A stretch of DNA of 63,788 bases, filler included, from Octopus bimaculoides (lineage: Eukaryota): the NCBI RefSeq assembly GCF_001194135.2. It is 3 parts of 3 records of this genome, joined end to end, with 100 filler letters (N's around TTAATTAATTAA, not from the genome) between each part and the next. Parts side by side here need not be neighbours in the genome. Positions count along the whole stretch, not along the records: positions 30,998 to 56,283 come from NC_069008.1; 2 more parts are not named here. One strand, given 5' to 3'. The position numbers and the translations under genes are program-made. Below the pieces are notes generated by a model, which made no database searches, was not told where the DNA came from, and saw only the letters and a program-made list of their open reading frames with translations. Of the stretch, positions 39,400 through 50,383 are shown piece after piece. The first letter of the stretch is position 1; each line of letters begins with the position of its first letter.

Positions 39400-41090
39400 T
39401 ATTTTAAAATTTATTTTGTCTAATGCAATATATTTTAAATTTTGTACTATATATTATATACACCCCCTTTAATTTTTAATTTGCATCAGATATGTTTCTA
39501 TTTTGCACTATATATAAATTTTGGCTGCAGTCAAATAACTGAAATAAGCAAAAGAATAAGAGAATAAAAAAATACAATATATTCTAAATTTTGCATGAGA
39601 TATTTTAAACTTTGCACTATATATATATATCAAATTTTGCATTATATATATTTAAAATTTTGCTCTATACATACTTTAAATTTTGCACTCTATATATCTT
39701 AAATTTTGTATTATATATATATTTCATCACTTTATTCCTTTATTTATATCTAATACAATTTATATCCTAAATTTTGCACATAAATTCCTAAATGTACTTG
39801 TTATCTATTTTTAATTTTATACTTTCTACCTTTAACTTTGCATTTTATAATTCAAATACTGCTCCATNNNNNNNNNNNNNNNNNNNNNNNNNNNNNNNNN
39901 NNNNNNNNNNNNNNNNNNNNNNNNNNNNNNNNNNNNNNNNNNNNNNNNNNNNNNNNNNNNNNNNNNNNNNNNNNNNNNNNNNNNNNNNNNNNNNNNNNNN
40001 NNNNNNNNNNNNNNNNNNNNNNNNNNNNNNNNNNNNNNNNNNNNNNNNNNNNNNNNNNNNNNNNNNNNNNNNNNNNNNNNNNNNNNNNNNNNNNNNNNNN
40101 NNNNNNNNNNNNNNNNNNNNNNNNNNNNNNNNNNNNNNNNNNNNNNNNNNNNNNNNNNNNNNNNNNNNNNNNNNNNNNNNNNNNNNNNNNNNNNNNNNNN
40201 NNNNNNNNNNNNNNNNNNNNNNNNNNNNNNNNNNNNNNNNNNNNNNNNNNNNNNNNNNNNNNNNNNNNNNNNNNNNNNNNNNNNNNNNNNNNNNNNNNNN
40301 NNNNNNNNNNNNNNNNNNNNNNNNNNNNNNNNNNNNNNNNNNNNNNNNNNNNNNNNNNNNNNNNNNNNNNNNNNNNNNNNNNNNNNNNNNNNNNNNNNNN
40401 NNNNNNNNNNNNNNNNNNNNNNNNNNNNNNNNNNNNNNNNNNNNNNNNNNNNNNNNNNNNNNNNNNNNNNNNNNNNNNNNNNNNNNNNNNNNNNNNNNNN
40501 NNNNNNNNNNNATATATATATATATATATATATATAATTTTGCTGTATATATCTCAAATTTTGCACTATATATATTCTAAATTTTGCTCTCTCTATATAT
40601 CTTAAATTTTGTATTATATATATATTTCATCACTTTATTCCTTTATTTATATCTAATACAATTTATATCCTAAATTTTGCACATAAATTCCTAAATGTAC
40701 TTGTTATCTATTTTTAATTTTATACTTTCTACCTTTAACTTTGCATTTTATAATTCAAATACTGCTCCATATTACATTTTATAATTTTGTTATATTTCAC
40801 ATATATTCTACTCAATATATTTTGAATTTAACACTATATATTTTTAATTTTGTTCCATTTTGCGTAATGCATTTTAAATTTTGCATCAAGTGTTCTTAGT
40901 TTTGTTCTGTTTTTTGTTTTAAATATTGCACAACATATATTTAATTTTTGTAATACATATTTTTAATTTTGCCTTTTAATTTTTAATTTCACATTGTACA
41001 TTTTGAATTTTGTTCTATATATTTTCATAAATTTGTTCGTTTTTAATTGTAATCTTTGCACTTATTTTTAATTGTGCATTATATATTTAT
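39400..41090. repeat. AT-rich degenerate minisatellite (aaattttgcactatatatat-like, about 24 bp), with gap and cross-gap duplication
   Basis: Motif recurs many times; about 39690-39867 is repeated at about 40590-40770. Confidence 0.8.
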
Positions 41091-41377
41091 GTAATTTTCG
41101 TTTTTTTTTTTGCTTGTTTGTGTTTGATAGTCTTTTATTATCATTATTTTTCATCATTTTCGAAGGTGGAGGGAGCGATTTTTTTTTCCTTCGCAGAAGC
41201 AAAAATCATTGAATGAGTTTTTTTGTGATTTGTAACTGACAATTTAGAATGAATGTTGATAGCTGATTGCTGATTGATTTATGAATAACATAAACAAGAA
41301 ACAATATCAAGATAGATGCTATTATTACTAGAAATAATTGACAATTGTTGTTTGTTCAGTGATTGTGGATTGATGGT

Positions 41378-41745
41378 TAATGAGTGACGATTGACACACA
41401 CCAAAGAAATCACAGTCGTGGCATCTTAACAGAAGATATTGTTGATTCATGGTTAACGAAAGATGATTCACACGTTTGACAGATACACCAAAACAAACCA
41501 AAGTAGGGACATTTTGATAGAAGGTATTGTTTGACTGATTGCTAATGAGTGATGATTGACACATACTTGACAGATTCACTAAAACAAACCCAAAAATATT
41601 CAATAGGGACATTTTAACAAGGTATTGTTGATTGATTATTAATGAGTGACGATTGACACACGACAGCTGCATCAAAACAAGCCAAAAAGCATTCAATAAG
41701 GACATTTTAACAGAAGGTATTGTTGATTGAAATGATAATGAATGC
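41378..41745. repeat. Diverged ~97-bp tandem repeat running into the Tctex ORF start
   Basis: taatga(g/a)tg at 41378, 41543, 41640 and 41736; shared gacattttaaca..aggtattgttgattga. Confidence 0.8.
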
Positions 41746-42439
41746 CAGAAATGATGGTTGGACTGATGTAACCCCTGGCAACAGCAATGGTGTTGGTGTG
41801 AGTGGAAAGAGGATGACCACAGAGGTCACAAAGCCAGAACCCTCGTTAATGAGGCGGTCAAGCTTTTTTGTCCAGAATGCAGAGAGAGCGAAAGAAATAA
41901 GCACTATGCCTTCACTTCTTGGCTTATTGGCATCTAAAAGAATGGCCAAGAAAATCTCGACCCGTCTGTATGAAAGACGCCATGGTCAGAACATGGTGGG
42001 AGTGGCTGCAGCGACGACAACATCAGGTGTAGCAACCACAGCAGCAGCAGCAGCACCTGGGACCTCACTGGGAATGGGCGCCAAACATGAGCCAACTTAC
42101 AGAATGGAACCACTGAGACGATTCCCAAAAGAGACGAGCCCATTGGCAGTGATAAAACGCACCCTTGCTGAGAACCTACGCAATGTGGAGTATGCGCCGA
42201 AAGCGGGAGCCAGACTGGTCATGTATCTGAGCGATGAGATCAGGGACTATGTGAAAGCACTGGAGTTTGACCGTTACAAGATTGTCTGCTATGTGGTTCT
42301 GGGTGAAAAGAAAGACCAGGATGCAACGGTGAGCAGCCGGTGTTCATGGGACGACCGGACTGATGGTTGTGCCTGCTACACATATGAAGCAAACAGCTGG
42401 TACTGTACGGCCATTGTGTATGGTATCTATAAGGAATAG
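41732..42439 (+). CDS. TCTEX1D1-like: Tctex-1 domain dynein light chain (TCTEX1D1/DYNLT5- or TCTEX1D4-like), single uninterrupted ORF; start could be ATG 41732, 41738 or 41813
   Basis: C-terminal ~115 aa (EPTYRMEP...LSDEIRDYVKALEFDRYKIVCYVVLGEKKDQDATVSSRCSWDDRTDGCACYTYEANSWYCTAIVYGIYKE*) is a complete Tctex-1 domain; GC-richer coding island. Exact orthology not determinable by eye. Confidence 0.9.
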   Translation: MIMNARNDGWTDVTPGNSNGVGVSGKRMTTEVTKPEPSLMRRSSFFVQNAERAKEISTMPSLLGLLASKRMAKKISTRLYERRHGQNMVGVAAATTTSGVATTAAAAAPGTSLGMGAKHEPTYRMEPLRRFPKETSPLAVIKRTLAENLRNVEYAPKAGARLVMYLSDEIRDYVKALEFDRYKIVCYVVLGEKKDQDATVSSRCSWDDRTDGCACYTYEANSWYCTAIVYGIYKE

Positions 42440-42458
42440 AGCAGGAAGAAATATGTAA

Positions 42459-42730
42459 TATGAAATGTATTCCAGAAGTCTTGAGAGTTTTGCAGGAGAG
42501 ACATTACTTTCAAACAAGTACAAAACTCTAATCTCTTTCGAAGTAGGGTCTCCTGACTGAATTGCATTTTTTGTAGCACTCCAGCCACTTTGTAAAAGTC
42601 CTCAAAGTGAAGGCGTCTGGGACCCTTGTGACAGCCTCTTTCTTCTTCAAAATGATTTCTCCTGAAGTTCTCTTTCAGCTTGTGGAACAACCAAAGATCA
42701 CAGGGAACAAGGTCAGGACTTTAGGAAACA
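42459..42730 (-). mobile_element. Mariner 3' fragment 1, starting about 20 bp after the Tctex stop
   Basis: rc encodes a PDLVPCDLWLFHKLKENFRRNHFEE-like remnant; terminus ttccagaagtcttgaga. Confidence 0.75.
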
Positions 42731-42770
42731 TTGAAAGACAATCTGATAACACAAAGCAGAGGCTACAATA

Positions 42771-43100
42771 CAAAGGACATTCCAGAAGTCTTGAGACTGT
42801 TCCAGGAGAGACATTTATTGATATCAAACAAATACAAAGACTTTAATCTCTTTCAAAGTAGGACCCTAAGACTTCAATGCACTTGTAGCATTCCAGCCAC
42901 TTTGTGAAGGAGCCATGGAAATCCTCCGAAGTGAAGGTGTCCATGATCCTTATCACATCCTCCTTTGCAGTCAAAACAACTGCATCTGAAGTTTTGCATT
43001 AGCTTGAAGAACAGCCAAAAATTACAGGGAGAAAGGTCTGGACTGTAGCGAGAGTAAGGGGTAGATTTGATGCCCATCTCTATCAAATAGTTGGTTACCA
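42771..43100 (-). mobile_element. Mariner 3' fragment 2, same family
   Basis: ORF 42874-43086 contains YSPDLSPCNFWLFFKL; TA precedes terminus caaaggacattccagaagtcttgagact. Confidence 0.8.
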
Positions 43101-43273
43101 GAATGGAATGGTGACAAGCAGAGTTTAGCAGGATTTGTTCAAAGTGGCTATTACAGCCATCTGCTTCAATCTGAAATAATAAAAGTTGGCAGGTCAGCTT
43201 ATTAGATGTAAAGTAATGATATGCTAAAACAATAATAATAATAATAATAGTAATAATAATAATAATAATAATA

Positions 43274-43317
<44 letters not shown>

Positions 43318-43705
43318 TTTGGACAGTTATAACTGCTTCTAAAAAAAGCCTCAAAACTTCTCGAATGCACCTCATATTACATGTTGATTGATATTGTGAC
43401 TTAGGGAACATCATCATAAACACTATTACAACATTAATAAGCATATACACACGTGTGTGCGCGCACACACACACACACACACACACAGCACAAGTACATA
43501 AACACCCTGTACGTCTGGCCATTAGTCTGTATACTTTTATCCTTTCGCTATATTGTCATCTGCTGCTATTCCATCTTTATTGGTATATCACCAAAAAATA
43601 TCCACAAAGTGACATTTTAGGGAAACACAATCTTACATAAAGTCATATGATGTTGTATATTGTTGTTACATGTCAAACTGTATATTGTATTTTTATTAAT
43701 AAAAT

Positions 43706-43719
43706 GTTGCTATGGAAAC
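43706..43719. promoter_or_regulatory. RFX X-box-like motif GTTGCTATGGAAAC
   Basis: Close match to the GTTGCCATGGCAAC palindrome consensus, 1.27 kb downstream of the Tctex stop; function untested. Confidence 0.4.
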
Positions 43720-43757
43720 ATATGTAGTAATACCCAATATACACACTTGTTTCATCT

Positions 43758-44079
43758 TTGTTATCATTATTATTATTATTATCATTATTATCATTATTAT
43801 TATTATTATCATTATTATCATTATTATTATTATTATCATTATTATTATCATTATTACAGAATGGCACACTTCTTTTAATTTTGACTCTATATCTTCAGCG
43901 GGGGTTACCTCAATCCTTTATATATTATCATTATTATCATTATTATCATTATTATTATTATTATTATCATTATTATTATTATCATTATTATTATCATTAT
44001 TACAGAATGGCACACTTCTTTTAATTTTGACTCTATATCTTCAGGGGGAGTTACCTCAATCCTTTATATATTATCATTA

Positions 44080-44119
<40 letters not shown>

Positions 44120-44124
44120 CATTA

Positions 44125-44165
<41 letters not shown>

Positions 44166-45342
44166 CNNNNNNNNNNNNNNNNNNNNNNNNNNNNNNNNNN
44201 NNNNNNNNNNNNNNNNNNNNNNNNNNNNNNNNNNNNNNNNNNNNNNNNNNNNNNNNNNNNNNNNNNNNNNNNNNNNNNNNNNNNNNNNNNNNNNNNNNNN
44301 NNNNNNNNNNNNNNNNNNNNNNNNNNNNNNNNNNNNNNNNNNNNNNNNNNNNNNNNNNNNNNNNNNNNNNNNNNNNNNNNNNNNNNNNNNNNNNNNNNNN
44401 NNNNNNNNNNNNNNNNNNNNNNNNNNNNNNNNNNNNNNNNNNNNNNNNNNNNNNNNNNNNNNNNNNNNNNNNNNNNNNNNNNNNNNNNNNNNNNNNNNNN
44501 NNNNNNNNNNNNNNNNNNNNNNNNNNNNNNNNNNNNNNNNNNNNNNNNNNNNNNNNNNNNNNNNNNNNNNNNNNNNNNNNNNNNNNNNNNNNNNNNNNNN
44601 NNNNNNNNNNNNNNNNNNNNNNNNNNNNNNNNNNNNNNNNNNNNNNNNNNNNNNNNNNNNNNNNNNNNNNNNNNNNNNNNNNNNNNNNNNNNNNNNNNNN
44701 NNNNNNNNNNNNNNNNNNNNNNNNNNNNNNNNNNNNNNNNNNNNNNNNNNNNNNNNNNNNNNNNNNNNNNNNNNNNNNNNNNNNNNNNNNNNNNNNNNNN
44801 NNNNNNNNNNNNNNNNNNNNNNNNNNNNNNNNNNNNNNNNNNNNNNNNNNNNNNNNNNNNNNNNNNNNNNNNNNNNNNNNNNNNNNNNNNNNNNNNNNNN
44901 NNNNNNNNNNNNNNNNNNNNNNNNNNNNNNNNNNNNNNNNNNNNNNNNNNNNNNNNNNNNNNNNNNNNNNNNNNNNNNNNNNNNNNNNNNNNNNNNNNNN
45001 NNNNNNNNNNNNNNNNNNNNTTGTTATCATTATTATTATTATTATCATTATTATCATTATTATTATTATTATCATTATTATCATTATTATTATTATTATC
45101 ATTATTATTATCATTATTACAGAATGGCACACTTCTTTTAATTTTGACTCTATATCTTCAGCGGGGGTTACCTCAATCCTTTATATATTATCATTATTAT
45201 CATTATTATCATTATTATTATTATTATTATCATTATTATTATTATCATTATTATTATCATTATTACAGAATGGCACACTTCTTTTAATTTTGACTCTATA
45301 TCTTCAGGGGGAGTTACCTCAATCCTTTATATATTATCATTA

Positions 45343-45382
<40 letters not shown>

Positions 45383-45387
45383 CATTA

Positions 45388-45428
<41 letters not shown>
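43758..45428. repeat. (ATT/ATC)n array with a ~75-bp spacer duplicated in tandem; the whole block 43758-44166 is repeated at 45021-45428 across a gap
   Basis: acagaatggcacacttcttttaattttgactc occurs 4 times. Confidence 0.9.
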
Positions 45429-45679
45429 CATGTACACACACGCACGCACACACTACTTCCTTTGTACCCAAAGCAGATGACACTGTTGAGAGAAGCTGGT
45501 GTACAAATCTGGTAAATCTGATATAATGAATTCAATCCACTTCAGTTTCTTTGAGTGATTTGGAAACTAGCGGTAACATGATTTCACTGTGTTCTACATT
45601 GATAAAAATAAATAAACTTATATTTGCTATACATTGTCAAATAAAAAAATTTTGATCACTGTGGGTGTGTGTGTGTATA

Positions 45680-45900
45680 TATCATCCTCATCGTCCTTTA
45701 ATGTCCACTTTCCATGCTGGCATGGGTTGGACGATTTGACCAGAGCTGGCAAGTTGGAGAGCTGGACTAGGTTCCAGTCTGACCTGGCCATGACTCTATG
45801 GCTGGATGCGCTTCCTAATGTCAACTACTCTACAGAGTGTATTGGGTACATTTCATGTAGCACCAGCACAGGGCTCTCGCAGGTGAATCCCCTTCATCAG
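45680..45900 (-). mobile_element. SINE-like repeat with (GAT)n tail
   Basis: catcctcatcgtcctttaatgtccactttccatgctggcatgggttggacg...ggatgcgcttcctaa; single copy here, recognised from memory. Confidence 0.5.
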
Positions 45901-46070
45901 AAGGAGTAGCATTAACACTTCTGCCATGGAAGATGGCTCTTCTTGAGTCATATAAGGAGGATAAGACCATTATTTAGAATAACGATCATATCAAATGGCC
46001 AGCATGGAAAAAAACCTTGTGAGTGGATTTGGTAGACAGAAACTGAAAAAAGTCCATCGTATATATATTT

Positions 46071-46171
46071 AGGCACAGGAGTGGGTGTGTGGTAAGAAGT
46101 TTGCTTCTCAATCACATGTTTCTGGGTTCAGGCCCACTGCATGGCACCTTGGGTAAGTGTCTTCTACTATA
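46071..46171 (+). mobile_element. SINE family B head, truncated at the ribozyme-element junction
   Basis: gtgtgtggtaagaagtttgcttc...ggcaccttgggtaagtgtcttctactat, then abrupt switch. Confidence 0.85.
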
Positions 46172-46311
46172 TCATTCCTAAGGTATTTTTTGATATTATT
46201 GTTATTATTAGTATTATTTTTCAGGTCACTGCCTAGAATTGAACTCGGAATCTTGGGGTTAAGAGCACGGGCTACTAACCCCAAGATTCCGAGTTCGATT
46301 CCAGGCAGTGA

Positions 46312-46346
<35 letters not shown>

Positions 46347-46393
46347 TTGAAAAATACCTTAGGAATGAGAACCCAGATTCGAAATTTCTCGAA

Positions 46394-46439
46394 GACACCT
46401 GATGAAGGCTGGAGGGTGTATCAGCTGAAACGTTGTGTT
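46394..46439 (+). ncRNA. Minimal type-I hammerhead ribozyme (predicted cleavage GUU^ after 46434)
   Basis: gacac-CTGATGA-a-ggctg(gagggtgtat)cagct-GAAA-cgtt-gtgtt: stem I gacac/gtgtt, 5-bp stem II, palindromic ACGU stem III. Confidence 0.75.
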
Positions 46440-46597
46440 AACAAACAAGATGAGGACAAATATCCATCAAATGTAAATAATGTAAATAATTCCTCATCTC
46501 TTAAATACAGAACTGAATAATAATAATAACAACAACAACAACAACAGCATCGAAAAAATACCTTAGGAATGAGAACCCAGGTTCGAAATTTCCCCAA

Positions 46598-46643
46598 GGC
46601 ACCTGATGAAGGCTGGAGGGTAAATCAGCCGAAACGCTGTGTT
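46598..46643 (+). ncRNA. Hammerhead ribozyme copy, probably inactive (U16.1>C)
   Basis: ggcac-CTGATGA-a-ggctg...cagcc-GAAA-cgCt-gtgtt. Confidence 0.6.
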
Positions 46644-47782
46644 AACAACAAACAAGATGAGGACAAATATCCGTCAAATGTAAATATTGTAAATAATTCC
46701 TTATCTCTTAAATACATAACTGAACTTTGAACTGTATGCCAGAAAATATGGTATTGACCATACAGATGTAGGCATGGCTGCTTCACAACCACATAGTCAA
46801 GGGTTCAAACCTTGGGTAAGTCTCTTCTACTATTGCCAAAACTGTGTGAATGGATTTCATAGATGGAAAGTGAGAGGAATCTATTGTATAGATTATTCTC
46901 TTATTTGTTTCAGTCATTTGACTGTGGCCATGCTGGAGCACCACCTTTAGTCGAGCAAATCGATCCTAGGACATATGTATATTGATAAAATAAATACCAG
47001 TTGTGCACTGGGGTTGATGTAATCTACTTAGCCGCCTCCTCAAAATTGCTGGTCTTGTGCCAAAACTTGACAGCAGTATTTCAAGTACAAATCTAGAACA
47101 TTCTAAAATCTTCTAGAACAAATCTAGGACATTCAACGCTGCTCTANNNNNNNNNNNNNNNNNNNNNNNNNNNNNNNNNNNNNNNNNNNNNNNNNNNNNN
47201 NNNNNNNNNNNNNNNNNNNNNNNNNNNNNNNNNNNNNNNNNNNNNNNNNNNNNNNNNNNNNNNNNNNNNNNNNNNNNNNNNNNNNNNNNNNNNNNNNNNN
47301 NNNNNNNNNNNNNNNNNNNNNNNNNNNNNNNNNNNNNNNNNNNNNNNNNNNNNNNNNNNNNNNNNNNNNNNNNNNNNNNNNNNNNNNNNNNNNNNNNNNN
47401 NNNNNNNNNNNNNNNNNNNNNNNNNNNNNNNNNNNNNNNNNNNNNNNNNNNNNNNNNNNNNNNNNNNNNNNNNNNNNNNNNNNNNNNNNNNNNNNNNNNN
47501 NNNNNNNNNNNNNNNNNNNNNNNNNNNNNNNNNNNNNNNNNNNNNNNNNNNNNNNNNNNNNNNNNNNNNNNNNNNNNNNNNNNNNNNNNNNTGGTGAGGG
47601 GCATCGTTGGTTGGTTTTATATTTCTACTTTATTTTTAAGAAATGTGGGAATAGGTTGGTGGAGCAGGGTAGCAGTTAGGGGATTTATGTATATCTGCTA
47701 TTCGTTATTTGAGTGTTATATAAATTCGTTATATGCGTGTGTGAATATGATTTTTTTTTTTTAAACAAAATGTTACAATAGA

Positions 47783-48155
47783 TGCAGGTGTGGCTGTGTG
47801 GTAAGAGGCTTGCTTCCCAACCACATGGTTCTGGGTTCAGTCCCACTGAGTGACACCTTGGGCAAACATCGTCTATATAACTGCAGGCTGACTAAACACG
47901 TGTGAGTGGATTTGGTAGACGGAAACTGAAAGAAGCACGTCGTGTGTATAGCTGTTTCAGTCATTAAACTGAGGTCATGCTGGGGCATCATGCTGAAGAA
48001 CTTTTAATCAAATGAATTAACCCTAGTACTTACTTTTTTTTAAAGCCTGGTACTTATTATATCAGTCTCTTTTTGCTGAACCGCTAAGTTACAAGGATGT
48101 AAACAAACAAACACTAGTCATCGAGTGGTGATGGAAGACAGACACAAAGACACAC
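47783..48155. mobile_element. SINE family B: head on plus (47783-47945), tail on minus (47953-48155)
   Basis: Both halves align to 10391-10808 but in opposite orientations. Confidence 0.75.
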
Positions 48156-48412
48156 ATATCTACAATTTCATATATTTATGTGTGTGTGTGTGTGTGGCTT
48201 TATATTGTGTCTAGCCACCTTTTACCCAGAAACCATTGGTCTACAGGTACTGTTACAGCTAGAAAGGGTACAGTAGACTCCCTTGCTCACACTCTATGGA
48301 CAGGGGTCATGCGTTGGTAGCCAGCTAGACAAGATGTTTTTCTGGGTCTAAAAAAATAGTAACATCGTCTTCCATAGAACTGAAACAAGTAAAAGAATAA
48401 AAGATAAATATT

Positions 48413-48636
48413 TTATTTCTTTATTGCCCACAGGGAGCTAAACACAGAGGGGACAAACAAGGAAAAACAAAAGGATTAAGCTGATAACATTGACCCCAGT
48501 GTGTCAGTGGTACTTATTTAATCGACCCTGAAAGGATAAAAGGTAAAGTCGACCTTGGTGGAATTTGAACTCGGAACGTAAAGACAAACGAAATACCGTT
48601 AAGTGTTTTGCCCGGCATGCTAACGTTTCAGCCAAA
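48413..48636 (-). mobile_element. SINE family A, near full length
   Basis: Aligns with 19409-19639. Confidence 0.88.
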
Positions 48637-48844
48637 CTCTAAGCATGTATTGAGTCCTATACACAATTAATGTTCATTGTTTTTATGTATTTAACCNNNN
48701 NNNNNNNNNNNNNNNNNNNNNNCCCCCCCCCCCAAAAAAAAAAAACTAAGCTCTGATGAACAGCTGCCTCTATGCTAAATTTCCGGCTGGATCTGTTGTT
48801 AATTCTCATCTTTCTGATGACATCCAGGAATGGATCTAGAAAGA

Positions 48845-49278
48845 ACCATTTGGTATTCAAACTGGCAATATCTGGCCCAGATATTCTACCGTTTTTATGT
48901 TCATAGTGGCCAGATCCTGCCTCTTACACTTACCCTACAATGTCATTCTGAACATAAATAATCACATTATCAAAATCTCGAAGCCTGTAAGATAATGCAG
49001 GATTAATTCAAAATAATGTGAATAAATAAACATTACATTTGATAGAGGAATCTGAATGCTAAAGGGTTACACTGGTCATATCTGGTCCAAATATTCTCCC
49101 TGTTTTATGTTCATACTGGCCACATCCAGCCTCTCACACCTACCCTACAATGCCATTCTAAAAATAAGCAACCATCACCAAGGCCTCAAAGCTATGAGAT
49201 AATGCAGGATTAATTCAAAGCAATGTGAATAAATAAGGATTACATTTGACACAGGAATCTGAATGCTAAAGGGTTAAA
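48845..49278 (+). mobile_element. TTAA MITE family H, two head-to-tail copies
   Basis: Both end atctgaatgctaaagggtta(c/a); internal sequences align. Confidence 0.8.
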
Positions 49279-49291
49279 ACAAGACCATATC

Positions 49292-49686
<395 letters not shown>

Positions 49687-49739
49687 TATTATTAGTGTTG
49701 CTTAAATGTTTTGCTAAAATTGCTGTTTCTTTTCAGATA

Positions 49740-49882
49740 TGATCAGAAAAAGGTAATAAAAAATTCATTAAAATTATAGATCTATCGGACTTTGAGAGAG
49801 GGCAAATTGTTGGTGCTCGTATGGCAGGGGCTAGCATAATGAAAACAGCTGAAATGTTTGGTGTTTCAAGAAGTACTGTCCA
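49740..49882 (+). pseudogene. Tc1 transposase N-terminal HTH fragment
   Basis: DLSDFERGQIVGARMAGASIMKTAEMFGVSRSTV. Confidence 0.85.
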
Positions 49883-50321
49883 AGCTTGTAGAGATACCTG
49901 ACAGCTGTTCTGGGACTGACATCAACTTGTTCTGCTATGTCAGAATCCTTGCAATGAGGATTATCCTCCGCACTTCTCTTAACAAATCGAAGGTCCTGTC
50001 AGAGGGCCCTGGGTTGACCTGGGCAAGGTGATGTGATCTCTTTCCCCTCTCTGGTGAATTGCACAATCACTCTCTTAACAAGCAGGACCTCAAGGTTTTC
50101 TGCAATTTTACAGCAAGTCCACCTTCACATTGACCCCACAATACAACCTCTTCGAAATTCGGAGAGTTCCAAGGCTTCTTTTTCTTTGTGACATGATTAA
50201 ACAATAACATATACAACCTGAAACATAAAAATGTCAATAAAAAATATAAACCTTTTCAAATTAAAATAATAAGCACAAAAACAATGTTTTATGGCATGTC
50301 TATTTACTTCTGTCATGTCTG
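49883..50321 (-). mobile_element. Second Tc1 family, 5' fragment with TIR and TA
   Basis: rc terminus TA-cagacatgacagaagtaaatagacatg; frameshifted MSQRKRSLELSEFRRGCIV...KRVIVQFTREGKE...VKRSAEDNP...VSPRTAVRYLYKL. Confidence 0.8.
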
Positions 50322-50345
50322 TATATACATCTATATATGTATGTA

Positions 50346-50383
<38 letters not shown>

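Larger units (their letters stand above)
46172..46722 (+). mobile_element. tRNA-headed hammerhead-ribozyme element: inverted 5' fragment, head, then two tandem ~204-bp units
   Basis: Arms 46172-46261 and 46276-46369 are inverted; B box gttcgattcc 46293-46302; units start catYgaaaaatacc at 46345 and 46548. Confidence 0.85.

Noticed and set aside
43712-45526. 604-aa ORF with repeated poly-I/Y/L blocks
   Set aside because: Microsatellite translation plus a block duplicated across an assembly gap.
48753-48820. Two CTGATGA heptamers
   Set aside because: No stem II plus GAAA arrangement downstream; not hammerheads.
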